Source: a virus (lineage: Duplodnaviria > Heunggongvirae > Uroviricota > Caudoviricetes). From it: a DNA stretch of 64,000 nucleotides. This document shows, one piece after another, positions 40,351 to 50,193 of this stretch (position 1 is the first letter of the stretch; each line of letters opens with the position of its first letter). The DNA is taken from IMG/VR virus record IMGVR_UViG_3300029605_000001. One strand, given 5' to 3'. A program made the position numbers and the translations under genes. The notes under the pieces were generated by a model that made no database searches, was not told where the DNA came from, and was given only the letters and a program-made list of their open reading frames with translations.

Positions 40351-41580
40351 TTAAAGATCAAAATTAGAGTATAAGGGTTCTTCCATTGAAGTATTATTTC
40401 CAATGTAATCTTCATCTCTTACTTGAATATTACGTTGAACCATAAGACCTCCAATTCCAGTCATAACTAACTCATAGATAGATTCTGGATACACTGCCTT
40501 AATAATAGTTTCAAGAGTAACCATACACTCATCTATTGACGTTGCTTTCTCCGCATAAGACAAAATGGCATTAAATATGTAAAGCCATATTAAGATCTTG
40601 TTAAAACAATATGTTGGTCTAAGAAACCTAAATTCTACAGTCTTATTGACATTATAGCAGAGAAGGTTAATGAAGTTTACTGCATAATAACGGGTAGGAA
40701 TTCTCCACTTAGCTTCTCTATTAAGGTCCAGAGGATGAGGCTGAGTAAAACTTCCAAAGAATCTTCTACCAACTAGATGTTCATACATCTGGTCAAAAGA
40801 TCTATAGGAACCTAGCAATTTACAGTAATCCTTTCCATTGGCTTTATATTCAGAAGTTCTGAAAGTTTTAGGCGGAACCAAATCTTCCAGTTCTTCTTCT
40901 ATATGTTTACATATTTTGTATAAGAAATAAATCTTATTACTATCTAATGGAAATCCTCCAATATGTATATGTAAAGAACACTCCTTGTTAAAACTAGTAT
41001 ATCTCTTTAGAGTTTCTATTTGTTGGTTAAGTAAAGATAGTCCCTCATTACCGTTTAAAATCACAGTAGAATACTCAATCCCGGAGATTGATCCGTCTCT
41101 TAACGGAATAAGTCCATCTCTAAAACAAATATCCTCAGGAATATATCCTTGAGAAGTTTCAAACTCTAATCCGAAACTATATTTTAAGAAATTACCTAAT
41201 TTGTATTCCCTTTTATTGATTACTCTTTGCTTTCCACTAAATATATTAAAGCTCTCAATTGCTTCATATCTTTTAGGAAAAAAATAAGGAAATTCTCCAG
41301 TTCCCATTTCATGTTCTTCGACAAACCTAAGACTAGAAGGAACATCCACTGTAGAGAAATAACAGCCTCTTCTATTACTAAAAGATAATATATCCTTTAC
41401 ATAGTCAAATAGAGCCGGCATGCTGACAAAGTTACCATCTACAAAAAACATACAATATTGTACATTTTCTGTATGAGACGTAAATCCAGTAATTACCTGA
41501 CCTGGAATATGACCAACAACTACTTTTGTAGCATTGTATTGGGAGATAGGTCTCCTAGTTATTTCATCAATGACTTGCAT
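40351..41580 (-). CDS. putative amidoligase (Amidoligase_2 / glutamine-synthetase-like family), copy 1
   Basis: ECSLHIHIGGFPLD motif. Gene context with a class II amidotransferase and a C26 peptidase. Confidence 0.45.
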   Translation of the reverse strand: MQVIDEITRRPISQYNATKVVVGHIPGQVITGFTSHTENVQYCMFFVDGNFVSMPALFDYVKDILSFSNRRGCYFSTVDVPSSLRFVEEHEMGTGEFPYFFPKRYEAIESFNIFSGKQRVINKREYKLGNFLKYSFGLEFETSQGYIPEDICFRDGLIPLRDGSISGIEYSTVILNGNEGLSLLNQQIETLKRYTSFNKECSLHIHIGGFPLDSNKIYFLYKICKHIEEELEDLVPPKTFRTSEYKANGKDYCKLLGSYRSFDQMYEHLVGRRFFGSFTQPHPLDLNREAKWRIPTRYYAVNFINLLCYNVNKTVEFRFLRPTYCFNKILIWLYIFNAILSYAEKATSIDECMVTLETIIKAVYPESIYELVMTGIGGLMVQRNIQVRDEDYIGNNTSMEEPLYSNFDL

Positions 41581-42839
41581 AACCTCTCAATAGATTTAAA
41601 GTTAATGTCTCTCTCCAAAGTTGGGTCTACGTCACCAAATCCTGAATAAATAGAAGATATTTTTCTTCCATTATTAATGGTTATCTTGTACTGAGTTGTG
41701 ATGGGATGTATAGATCCATTATACGGTATATAAGTTAAAGGAGTAATTGCTTTTACCCATGCTTCATTCGTATAATAAGCTTGATCAATGCTTAAAAACC
41801 TAATAAGATTCTCAAACATAGAACAAAACTTCTCTAGGGTCAATCCTAACTTCTTTTGGAGATCAGACAAGAATTTAAAATATTTTGCATTATAGAGTAA
41901 TACTCCATTAAAAAAGTATAACTCATTCATATGAACTCCTTTAATAGGATATTCATAAATTACTCCAAATTTACTAAGCAATACTTTACCATGCAATTTC
42001 TTACCGTTGTTAATATAGGTGTTATTAAGTAGGTCTACAGTAACATAAGCAGAATATACACTATAATAGTTTGATTTAACTACTTCTTTAGTCTGTAACA
42101 TATTATCCCTACTATATTTTTGTACCACCTTTAAAGTATTTCCGGCAAACTCAAGTAAAGTATTACTAGGAAATGAATAAGTATCGCACTCTGGTCTTAA
42201 AGCCATCAAATATGGATATATCGAAGAGAATATTAATTCCTCATTTTCCTTGTCTAAACAATAGTATAAAGGTCTTTCCTCTTCCTTATCCTTAGATGTT
42301 TTATATTTCTTTGAGGCACCTTTAAAGAATAAAACCTTAGGAGTACCTCCCCTATAATCCACCACTACAAAGGCTGCCCCGCCATTATATTCAGACAAAA
42401 CATTATATCCACAATTATAGAATATATGTGCCATAACCTGAGAATCCGTCATTCCCTTTATATCAATTTCAGGAATATACTTATCGGCTAATTCTTCATA
42501 GTTATAAATGGTACCATTATGCAATGTTACAAACTCTACTTCTCCCTTTTCATTTTTAATAATAACAGGTTGAGCAGTTTGTTCACTAATATTTCCAACA
42601 GATGCCTTTCTACAGTGTAAAAGAGCAATACTACTATACTCAATACTAGAGAGTAGGTTACTATCAGGGAAATAATCCTGAAAATACTTGTTTGCATCTA
42701 CTCCATATTCATACTTTCCATCGATAAAGACTCCACATGAATCCCCACCTCTTGAATCATTAGCTATTCCTAATACACAAAATGAAGAGTAGTCAAATGG
42801 TAAGGAGTCCTTACTTATAATTCCAGCTAGTCCACACAT
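41559..42839 (-). CDS. class II (Ntn-type) glutamine amidotransferase domain protein
   Basis: N-terminal MCGLAGII: the catalytic Cys directly after the initiator Met is the Ntn GATase hallmark. Confidence 0.6.
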   Translation of the reverse strand: MCGLAGIISKDSLPFDYSSFCVLGIANDSRGGDSCGVFIDGKYEYGVDANKYFQDYFPDSNLLSSIEYSSIALLHCRKASVGNISEQTAQPVIIKNEKGEVEFVTLHNGTIYNYEELADKYIPEIDIKGMTDSQVMAHIFYNCGYNVLSEYNGGAAFVVVDYRGGTPKVLFFKGASKKYKTSKDKEEERPLYYCLDKENEELIFSSIYPYLMALRPECDTYSFPSNTLLEFAGNTLKVVQKYSRDNMLQTKEVVKSNYYSVYSAYVTVDLLNNTYINNGKKLHGKVLLSKFGVIYEYPIKGVHMNELYFFNGVLLYNAKYFKFLSDLQKKLGLTLEKFCSMFENLIRFLSIDQAYYTNEAWVKAITPLTYIPYNGSIHPITTQYKITINNGRKISSIYSGFGDVDPTLERDINFKSIERLCKSLMK

Positions 42840-43306
42840 ACTTTAATACCTAATTCGTTAACTAATCTCTGTGCTATAGCTGCGTCACTGTTATTTATAG
42901 CACTTATTATTAGCTTAGTATAAGAGCTAATAGAATACCCAGAGGATAATGCTTTAAGAGCATTTTGAACACAGTTAATAGTAAAACTGATACGCTCAGT
43001 AGTACTCATCATAGCACTACTAAGTACTCTATACTCCACCATCTAGGTTCTCTCCTAGATAAGACTTTCTCTTCACCTCCACCATTACGTGCTGAGGGGA
43101 TCCTATAAAGTCGTTACACCTTCCTCATTAGAGGCTTGGCTCGGGATTCCTGATGCTAGTTCCCCGAATTTAGGATCTTTCCAACTATTATTTCTAATAG
43201 CCCTGGCATTATAATACTTTCTATTCATAAAAGTATTAGCATCGTTATAAATATTATCTATAAACTGAATTATTCCCTCTTTATTATATATCTCAAAATC
43301 GTACAT
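42827..43306 (-). CDS. probable 3' exon region of the second amidoligase gene (ORFs 43103..43306 and 42827..43042)
   Basis: Two short ORFs follow the LAGLIDADG-containing insertion and are separated by a GC-rich patch (43040-43160). Assignment is by position and weak similarity to the amidoligase copy 1 C-terminus. Confidence 0.25.
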
Positions 43307-43381
43307 TTTTGTACCTTTGGGAGTGGTCTTTTCTCTTAAGAGACAATTAATTCCGTGAGCTTTAACAAAGTCATAAATAAT

Positions 43382-43957
43382 CTATATATGCTCTTTACAA
43401 GCACTAGTAATATTTACTTCTTTTATAGATTCCCAGCGGAAGTAGCCATCTCCTTCAAATACTCCTCGTATATAATCCCAAGTTATATTAAAGTTAGGAA
43501 CAAAGTTAAAGGTCTTATTATTTCCAAATCCTAGGATTAATAGAAAGTCTGTAATTTCTTTATTTCTAAATGAAACAGAAACCATTTCAAACTTACCATG
43601 ATGAATAGTATGTTTAATAACTAATTTCTTGGAAACAAAATCTCTAAATTTTTCTATTACATCAATATCTTTTATAGATAGAGATAAAGTAACTCTAGTT
43701 TCTTTATGAGATATGCATCCATCGGTCGCTAACCATCCTAACCAGTATAATACATCAGGATTTGAAAGATCAGCAAAAGGATTATTACACACTTTCTTTC
43801 TTCTAAAATCTGGATATTCTATACCGACTTCAGAACACATTCTTTTAAAAGTTCTGTAATCAGTTCTTAGCTCTTGTTTTACAAAACGAGCTTTTGGAAC
43901 CTAATTTTTAAGATTCTCTTTAACTAATTCGATTTCTTCTTCAGTAAAATGTCTCAT
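43382..43957 (-). CDS. LAGLIDADG homing endonuclease (double-motif) with N-terminal HTH; one in-frame TAG
   Basis: ATG 43955-43957: MRHFTEEEIELVKENLKN-TAG-VPKARFVKQELRTDYRTFKR, in frame with ORF 43382..43840. Motifs LGWLATDGCIS and IRGVFEGDGYF. TAG complement at plus 43901-43903. Confidence 0.6.
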
Positions 43958-44058
43958 ATTATTAATATTTATACTATTCCCTTTGTTGGGAGTAGATACA
44001 ATAATATAAAATATTTTTAAATAAACCAAAGAATTTAGATAATATTTATAGAGTTTTA

Positions 44059-44360
44059 TTATAGTTTACCATAAGGAGTAAGTCTAAAGCACCCAGCCTT
44101 TCCATATAACGATCTTCTGTTTTTATCATTATCAAGTAAAACAGATGGTACTCCAAGGAAAGCATCTAGATATTTCACTATAAGTAGAGAAGTATCTATA
44201 TTATTGTTATCATATCCCAAATGAATATGAAATCCACAACTCCTTAAGTTAGTACTATTACCCTTAGGTTTAGGATTTGGTTCTTCAGTGTAAACATTAT
44301 AGTCTACATCACACAATATGTTATCATGAAGCTTTTTATCTTCATTTCTATATCTATGCT
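44059..44360 (-). CDS. amidoligase family, copy 2, internal exon
   Basis: SCGFHIHLGYDN parallels ECSLHIHIGGFP of copy 1. The frame is bounded by TAA upstream and contains one TAG. Confidence 0.35.
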
Positions 44361-44577
44361 AGATTTTGATATAGTTCGGCGTACATTTTCTTCCTTATAA
44401 TAAGGAAGAGGACACTCTTGGAGAGATTATATTTATTCACTCTCTACGCTCTACAATACCCAGCAGCCTTTCGCAATCTTCTGGGTTATCACGGTATTTA
44501 AACAATAAATAACTTAACATCTTACTTTGTTTCCTCTCTAAAAAGAAATGTTTATTAAAATATAACTTGTTATACAA

Positions 44578-45205
44578 CTAATCTATAAACTTTTTACGAT
44601 TATATCCTGAACTAAATCTTAGAGTATAAAGAATCATCTTACTCTTTTGTACTCCTTCTACTCTTTTCTCTACACCAAATTCTTGCTCAAACAATTTTCC
44701 TAATTTTGTCATAAACTCTTTAGATGTCCCATATAAAGCAAACGTCATTTGATGAGTTTTTTCAGAATAGGAAATTTGTCCGTCTCCATCAAAAAATCCT
44801 CTAATGAAATCCCACACAAATTCTTTAGGAACCTTGTCAAAAGGAAATTGGAAAGAAGTATCACAAGTCTTCTTTGGAGTAATATTATAGAGTTCTAAGT
44901 CTTTGTTCATTATACTAGATGTCCATATTAAATTGTAAGATCCTTTATGATTTGTGCCATTCTTGTCAGTAAATGGAGCTTTATATACAGGCTCCTTTTC
45001 TGGAACAATAAAATCTCTAAACCAATTAATAACACTAATATCACTTTCTTGCAAATGAACAGAAAATCTATATGATTCAGTACATCTAGCCCCTAATCCA
45101 TAGGTTCCATCAGCTAAGAAGAAACCTAATAGATAAGCCTTCTATTCAGAGTCAATTACTCTGAAAAAATCGTCGTTAACATTATATTTTCTTTTCATAA
45201 TTACT
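44578..45205 (-). CDS. LAGLIDADG homing endonuclease (double-motif); one in-frame TAG
   Basis: ATG about 45203-45205: MKRKYNVNDDFFRVIDSE-TAG-KAYLLGFFLADGTYGL..., in frame with ORF 44578..45054 (IRGFFDGDGQIS). TAG complement at plus 45143-45145. Confidence 0.6.
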
Positions 45206-45337
45206 ATATTTTAATAATCAGTTAATTATACAAATAATTATGAATTAATCAAAGTAATAGTCAAATTATTTTCTAACTTTTATTCACCGTTTTTGCCCTA
45301 TTGTCATATTACATTACTGTAATAAGTGGCTGTGTTA

Positions 45338-45688
45338 TCAACCAAAGAGTTTAGCTTGAGGACTCTGAAGCTGATCCTCATCGACAAATTCAGAAGCAGA
45401 GCATTTGATTCCTAATTCTGGATTAATATCCTTAACAAATCTATCCAGATAATTCTTCATATACTCAATGTTATTAACGAAAGCTTCTGTAGTAGTAGCT
45501 GGGGGAATATTAAATTCAGCTACAATATTATCAGTTTCCATTCCAAATCCAGCAGGCATATCATCTGCTACATACGGATTTCCTTTTTCACCAGGAATCA
45601 ACCCTACAGCTGATACCACTTTTCCAGTCTCTTCATTTATAATGAAAAGTTCAGGATCAGCTCCAACAGTAACATTTCTTAATATCAT
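45338..45688 (-). CDS. amidoligase family, copy 2, exon 1
   Basis: N-terminal TVGADPELFII resembles amidoligase family openings. Followed by two LAGLIDADG-bearing insertions and the internal exon. Confidence 0.3.
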   Translation of the reverse strand: MILRNVTVGADPELFIINEETGKVVSAVGLIPGEKGNPYVADDMPAGFGMETDNIVAEFNIPPATTTEAFVNNIEYMKNYLDRFVKDINPELGIKCSASEFVDEDQLQSPQAKLFG

Positions 45689-46065
45689 TTAGTCAATTTT
45701 TTTATAAGGTTATTCAACATACTAGATACAGGAGAATTTGGCATCATCTCAGGATGTCCTTGAATAGCTAGACACTTTGGAAGACCTTCTTTATGATACA
45801 AAACAATCTCAGGGTTTCCTTTACTATATATAACCTCATCATTCACACCATCCCCCTGAATAATAGTACTCTTTGCACTATGACTTATGAATAATATATC
45901 ATAATCAGAATCAGGAAGATTGAAGGGATACTGCATCTGATGATGAGTTGATGTTATTGTATAGATAGTTTTACCATTGGTTATAGTGTGACAGTGCCCA
46001 GTTGCATGGTTATTACAATGCTGAACTAGAATTCCTCCATTCATGACACACAAGAATTGTGTATT
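45685..46065 (-). CDS. C26-family peptidase / class I glutamine amidotransferase-like (gamma-glutamyl hydrolase-type), exon 2
   Basis: TQFLCVMNGGILVQH parallels QLLNVALGGTLYQD of C26 enzymes. QGHPE active-site His motif. The listed start is a TTG; the frame is open upstream to about 46065. Confidence 0.55.
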   Translation of the reverse strand, partial: NTQFLCVMNGGILVQHCNNHATGHCHTITNGKTIYTITSTHHQMQYPFNLPDSDYDILFISHSAKSTIIQGDGVNDEVIYSKGNPEIVLYHKEGLPKCLAIQGHPEMMPNSPVSSMLNNLIKKLTK

Positions 46066-47075
46066 TATGTTATCGTAGAGTTCTTTATCTCTACTTCTGC
46101 ATGTTCTTGTTCCATGCAGATCGGACTATATCTTCATCATTTGTTGTAATTTACAAAAATTGTATAACTAAATTTCACATTCCAAATTATTTGTAATATT
46201 TTTGTATAGAATCCACAGATAAATTAATAATCAATGACTAAAATTACTAAATCTATGAATGTAGAAAGCATAATACAGGATTACAAAAACGGAATGAAAA
46301 TGGCAGAAATTGCTAGAAAAAATCATGTTGCTAATAGCACTATAAGTGGGTATATTAGACCACTTAATCTTCCAACTAGTAAAGTTATAAATAGCATTAA
46401 TAACTGGGAAGGATTTAAAGAATTTTTTATAGAAACTTATAACTCTACAGATTCAATGCAAGAGATTTATGACAAATTATTACAACATCCTTATTTCAAG
46501 AGAACTACAAGAAAATCTATTTCTCAAAGAGTAACTGAAATAAGAAATTTGTTTGGATTATCTCCAAAAGTGCCAGAAAATACTTACAACACTGAATATG
46601 ATAGAATCAGAGGTTACATGATAAGAAATTCTAAATATTGTGCTAAAAGAAGAGGAATATATTTTAACTTAAAATACACTGATTTTGAGCTTCCAGAATA
46701 CTGTCCTATCCTAGGAATAAAAATAGAATATGAAGGAGATGGAAACTCTCCCAATCACGCTACTTTGGACAGAATAGATAATTCAAAAGGATATATTCCA
46801 GGAAATGTTATGGTCATTTCTAGACTTGCTAATGCTATGAAAAACGAAGCTACTTTTGAGCAGCTTCAATCTTTTATAACTAATTATACTTATTTAATAA
46901 ACTACATGAATGAGCACGGCACTCTTGGGAATATTACTGACATATTTCCTCATTGGAAGAAACTTAGTCTCGATTCCTAGTCTCTGAACCCACTCCAATC
47001 TTTAGACTGAAGCTCGGCTGCTGATTACCATCTCAGGCGTCCCAGCAATTCACCGTGTTTAAAGAGAGCCACAAC
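46066..47075 (-). mobile_element. about 1 kb insertion splitting the C26 peptidase gene; carries an HNH endonuclease gene on the opposite strand
   Basis: Exon 1 ends at the nucleophile motif GICRG (47059..47322). Exon 2 resumes with QFLCVMNGG. GC-rich segment 46980-47058. Confidence 0.5.
46234..46980 (+). CDS. HNH-family homing endonuclease with N-terminal HTH (only sizeable plus-strand gene)
   Basis: IAEIARKNHVANSTISGY (HTH). C-terminal CPILGIKIEYEGDGNSPNHATLDRIDNSKGYIPGNVMVISRLAN, paralogous to 7508..7978. Confidence 0.75.
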   Translation: MTKITKSMNVESIIQDYKNGMKMAEIARKNHVANSTISGYIRPLNLPTSKVINSINNWEGFKEFFIETYNSTDSMQEIYDKLLQHPYFKRTTRKSISQRVTEIRNLFGLSPKVPENTYNTEYDRIRGYMIRNSKYCAKRRGIYFNLKYTDFELPEYCPILGIKIEYEGDGNSPNHATLDRIDNSKGYIPGNVMVISRLANAMKNEATFEQLQSFITNYTYLINYMNEHGTLGNITDIFPHWKKLSLDS

Positions 47076-47322
47076 TTAACCCTCTACATATACCGACACA
47101 TAATTGTGTTGGTTTAACTTGTTCGAAGATAGACTTTTCATATAAATCTCTATCTAGATTAGACATAGTATATGTATGCTTAGTCTTATTATACAAAGAC
47201 GGATCAACGTCTTCTCCTCCAGTAAATAATACTATATCTGCTTCTTCTAGAGAATCAGTTATGGTGGCATTTTTTATAAAGGAGGTATAGCCAACACTAC
47301 CCCCAACTACATAAATTTTCAT
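47059..47322 (-). CDS. C26-family peptidase / GATase-like, exon 1
   Basis: MKIYVVGG...DIVLFTGGEDVDPSLY...LCVGICRGL. The nucleophile Cys motif GICRG is directly followed by out-of-context residues and a stop. Confidence 0.55.
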   Translation of the reverse strand: MKIYVVGGSVGYTSFIKNATITDSLEEADIVLFTGGEDVDPSLYNKTKHTYTMSNLDRDLYEKSIFEQVKPTQLCVGICRGLSCGSL

Positions 47323-48059
47323 TTTATTCCTTTATTAATCTTATAATTCTGTAGATATATATTCTTTCTTTTATCAAATCCTTTATTCCAATACTCTATA
47401 TCTTTAATAGAGTATTTACCATATTTACTACTTATTCTAGTAGAATTTCCATTTAATACCTTATAGATATCATTAAGAAGTCCTACTCTATTAAGTTTAG
47501 CTTTAAGCTGAGAAATAGTTAATGGACTAGTTAATCCATTACGAGGAACTTGATGTACACTTCTTAAATCAGAACAATAACTTCCTAGTACTACATTAAA
47601 TATATTTGAGATAGATTCAAATCTAAATGTAGGATCTTTTTTGAGTTCATACGCATCCCTTAAAAGAACATTATACGGGTATTCATACAAGTACCGAATC
47701 CAAGTTAATGCATATCTATGGAAGTTTAAGGAACACTTAGATATAGTGATTCTAATCCTTACTCTGTTATAGTCAGCATTATTATCATTCATAATTCTAT
47801 AGCTGAAATTAAGCATAGATTTGAGAATCTTAAGATGTCTACGAATTCCTTTTTTGTCAAAGAGACAAGCATTAGAGCATTGCCTGTCTTTAGAAAGTTT
47901 AGTACCCATATAAAGTACTATTTCATAAGTTACAGTACTTTCTTCGTTAATACCTGAATAAAATACATACCCAAAGCAAACTTCATCAGATAATTTTTTA
48001 ACTAAGTCTCCAGTACAGGAATATACAGTATGATAATTTAATAATCTAAATTCATTCAT
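47319..48059 (-). CDS. hypothetical protein
   Basis: 246-aa ORF. Confidence 0.3.
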   Translation of the reverse strand: MNEFRLLNYHTVYSCTGDLVKKLSDEVCFGYVFYSGINEESTVTYEIVLYMGTKLSKDRQCSNACLFDKKGIRRHLKILKSMLNFSYRIMNDNNADYNRVRIRITISKCSLNFHRYALTWIRYLYEYPYNVLLRDAYELKKDPTFRFESISNIFNVVLGSYCSDLRSVHQVPRNGLTSPLTISQLKAKLNRVGLLNDIYKVLNGNSTRISSKYGKYSIKDIEYWNKGFDKRKNIYLQNYKINKGIK

Positions 48060-48139
48060 AGGAATCTAAAAAATAGTGCCATTCAATAGTGAAAAACACT
48101 AAAGAATGGCACTTGCAAAAAAGATAATTTTTTATTTAC

Positions 48140-49132
48140 TTATTCCTGAGGATCCTGTTTTGGTTCTTTTTCAGGTGCGTTTTTTCTGTGTTTAGGCTTC
48201 TTTTGATTACCCTCAATAGGTGTAACAGCAGGGGAACCAAAGAGACCTTGCATTCCGTTAGCACACATTGAGGCCAGGAGTATATCCTTCATGCCAAGCT
48301 CACCGTCTCCACACATAGCATACAGCATCATGGGATTCATACCGAGAGCTCCTCCATTCTGTGTCATCATAAGAAGAGGGAGCATAGCTGATTTCTTATC
48401 GTCTTTATCGGACAATGCGAGCAGCATCATAGGATTGATTTGCCCTCCAAGATTGCCGACGAGAGAGACAACAACACGAACCATAGTTTGATTGAACAAG
48501 AAGTCCTTTATGGTGTGAATAGTCTTTCCTGTGCCAGTATAACCGATAGCAGTGATTTTATCGCCATCAATTCTTGTAATTTTAGCATAGCTACGATCTA
48601 AAGCAATAACGTCGCCAACAACCAACTGTTCCTTAGGCTTACTAATAACAAATACAGGCAAGCCAAGGGTAAGTTCCTCAGGATACGATACTAAATTATT
48701 GTTAGCGTCTATAGCTACGTATCCTTGATTAGTAGCAACGCAGATATTACCATCGGTTGCTATACGGACGCCTTCTGCTTCAGAAGGCATAAACATTTGT
48801 TTCAGTCGGTCAGAGATGTTTTTGATTGATGTGTTACTTTTCATTGTTTTAGGGTTTGAGTTTTCAGATTTTGAGAAAGGATAGTCAACGCTTATCATTT
48901 CTGTGATATTACATTTCTTTGCGAAATCATATTCATAGTCAGAGGTGTCAAGCACATAGATATGATTACCCTTTGCTGTGATAACATGTGCTCCTACTTT
49001 GAGACTTCCTTTTTTGGAGTTAGGATCTGCTAAGCAAGTGTAATATTTGCCGTTTTGTTCAGCAAATTTTGCCACTTGGTCTAAACTTGTAGGAACAAAG
49101 TTTGGATTGGATGTATACAAAATATTTACCAT
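48140..49132 (-). CDS. hypothetical protein (Gly/Met-rich C-terminal region)
   Basis: 330-aa ORF; locally higher GC. Confidence 0.35.
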   Translation of the reverse strand: MVNILYTSNPNFVPTSLDQVAKFAEQNGKYYTCLADPNSKKGSLKVGAHVITAKGNHIYVLDTSDYEYDFAKKCNITEMISVDYPFSKSENSNPKTMKSNTSIKNISDRLKQMFMPSEAEGVRIATDGNICVATNQGYVAIDANNNLVSYPEELTLGLPVFVISKPKEQLVVGDVIALDRSYAKITRIDGDKITAIGYTGTGKTIHTIKDFLFNQTMVRVVVSLVGNLGGQINPMMLLALSDKDDKKSAMLPLLMMTQNGGALGMNPMMLYAMCGDGELGMKDILLASMCANGMQGLFGSPAVTPIEGNQKKPKHRKNAPEKEPKQDPQE

Positions 49133-49199
49133 AAAAAATAAATGATTTAAAAATGTTATAAAATATTTCCTTTTCAGGATGTTACTAAAATCAAAGTTA

Positions 49200-49460
49200 T
49201 TACTTTATAGGGGACTTTTTCAATAGTACCATTCCAAATTGATACCTAGTATATACAAGAAATGTATCTTCTTTGGATATTATCTCGATAAGTGTACTAT
49301 ATGGAAGATCAATCATTCTTTGTTTATATCCAGAAATTGTAGGAATGGCAGGAGGTAAAATACCTTCCTCTAAATTTCTCTCTACTTGTATTTCTCCACT
49401 ACATGAAAAAAGCGTTAATAGTAAAATAACTATCAACGCTTTAATAAATTTATTTATCAT
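49200..49460 (-). CDS. putative lipoprotein
   Basis: Signal peptide with lipobox LTLFSCSG. Confidence 0.35.
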   Translation of the reverse strand: MINKFIKALIVILLLTLFSCSGEIQVERNLEEGILPPAIPTISGYKQRMIDLPYSTLIEIISKEDTFLVYTRYQFGMVLLKKSPIK

Positions 49461-49639
49461 ACTTTTAAATAATTAAATTAATTGAAAAAAAATATAGTAG
49501 GATCATTAAATGTGCATTCATTCTCCCCTACTTAAACATACCTTTTTTCGTTAGCAGCCAATCAACCCCTAGTCAATTTAACGTTCTTGAAACTAGAAGT
49601 GTATAGACAAGGTAAGATGCATTATTTAATATATATTTA

Positions 49640-49714
49640 GGTGTCTAATGGGAGTTGAACCCATACTACTTTGATCCACAATCAAAGGCTCTAAACCAAT
49701 TAAGCTATAGACAC
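49640..49714 (-). tRNA. tRNA-His (GUG)
   Basis: Acceptor GTGTCTA/TAGACAC. Anticodon stem TTTGA/TCAAA with loop TTGTGGA. T-loop GGTTCAACTCC. Confidence 0.6.
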
Positions 49715-49716
49715 AG

Positions 49717-49781
49717 TTCTGATGAGTAGACTCGAACTACTGCCTTATGAGAGCAGTCTTCTGTCGTTGAAGTACATCAGA
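49717..49781 (-). tRNA. tRNA with CAU anticodon (Met, fMet or Ile2), copy 1
   Basis: Acceptor TCTGATG/CATCAGA. Anticodon loop CTCATAA. T-arm GTAGTTCGAGTCTAC. Confidence 0.55.
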
Positions 49782-49787
49782 ATATAG

Positions 49788-49859
49788 TTGGGTTACTAGG
49801 AATTGAACCTAGATTACTTGAGTATCAGTCAAGCCTCCTGACCATTAGAGGATAACCCA
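49788..49859 (-). tRNA. tRNA-Ile (GAU)
   Basis: Anticodon stem CTTGA/TCAAG with loop CTGATAC. T-arm CTAGGTTCAATTCCTAG. Confidence 0.55.
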
Positions 49860-49871
49860 ATTTATTATTTG

Positions 49872-49942
49872 CATACCCTGAAGGACTCGAACCTCCAACG
49901 ACGGTTTTGGAGACCGGCATGTTACCATTACACCAAGGATAC
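49872..49942 (-). tRNA. tRNA-Trp (CCA)
   Basis: Acceptor GTATCCT/AGGGTAT (two G-U pairs). Anticodon loop CTCCAAA. T-arm GGAGGTTCGAGTCCTTC. Confidence 0.55.
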
Positions 49943-50120
49943 ATAATTAGCAGAGTTTCTTTTATGTCTAACTCTGTCACTAAAAGACATACTATATAAC
50001 CCACATCTGTATAGCTCAGACAATTAAGATACGCTTAATACAAGGGCTAAACTTACATGAACCTGTCAAAGCCTTGGTGTTACGTTGTATTCACTCGTGC
50101 ACAAGCAATACTTCCTATAG

Positions 50121-50193
50121 TGGAAGAGAGCAGATTTGAACTGCTGACCACCAGATTTTCAGTCTGGCACTCTACCAACTGAGTTACTCTTCC
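50121..50193 (-). tRNA. tRNA-Phe (GAA)
   Basis: Acceptor GGAAGAG/CTCTTCC. Anticodon stem CCAGA/TCTGG with loop CTGAAAA. T-arm CAGCAGTTCAAATCTGCTG. Confidence 0.65.

Noticed and set aside
49981-50100. Additional tRNA between tRNA-Trp and tRNA-Phe (contains TAGCTCAG-like D-arm string)
   Set aside because: No T-arm or acceptor pairing on either strand. It may be a degenerate tRNA remnant.
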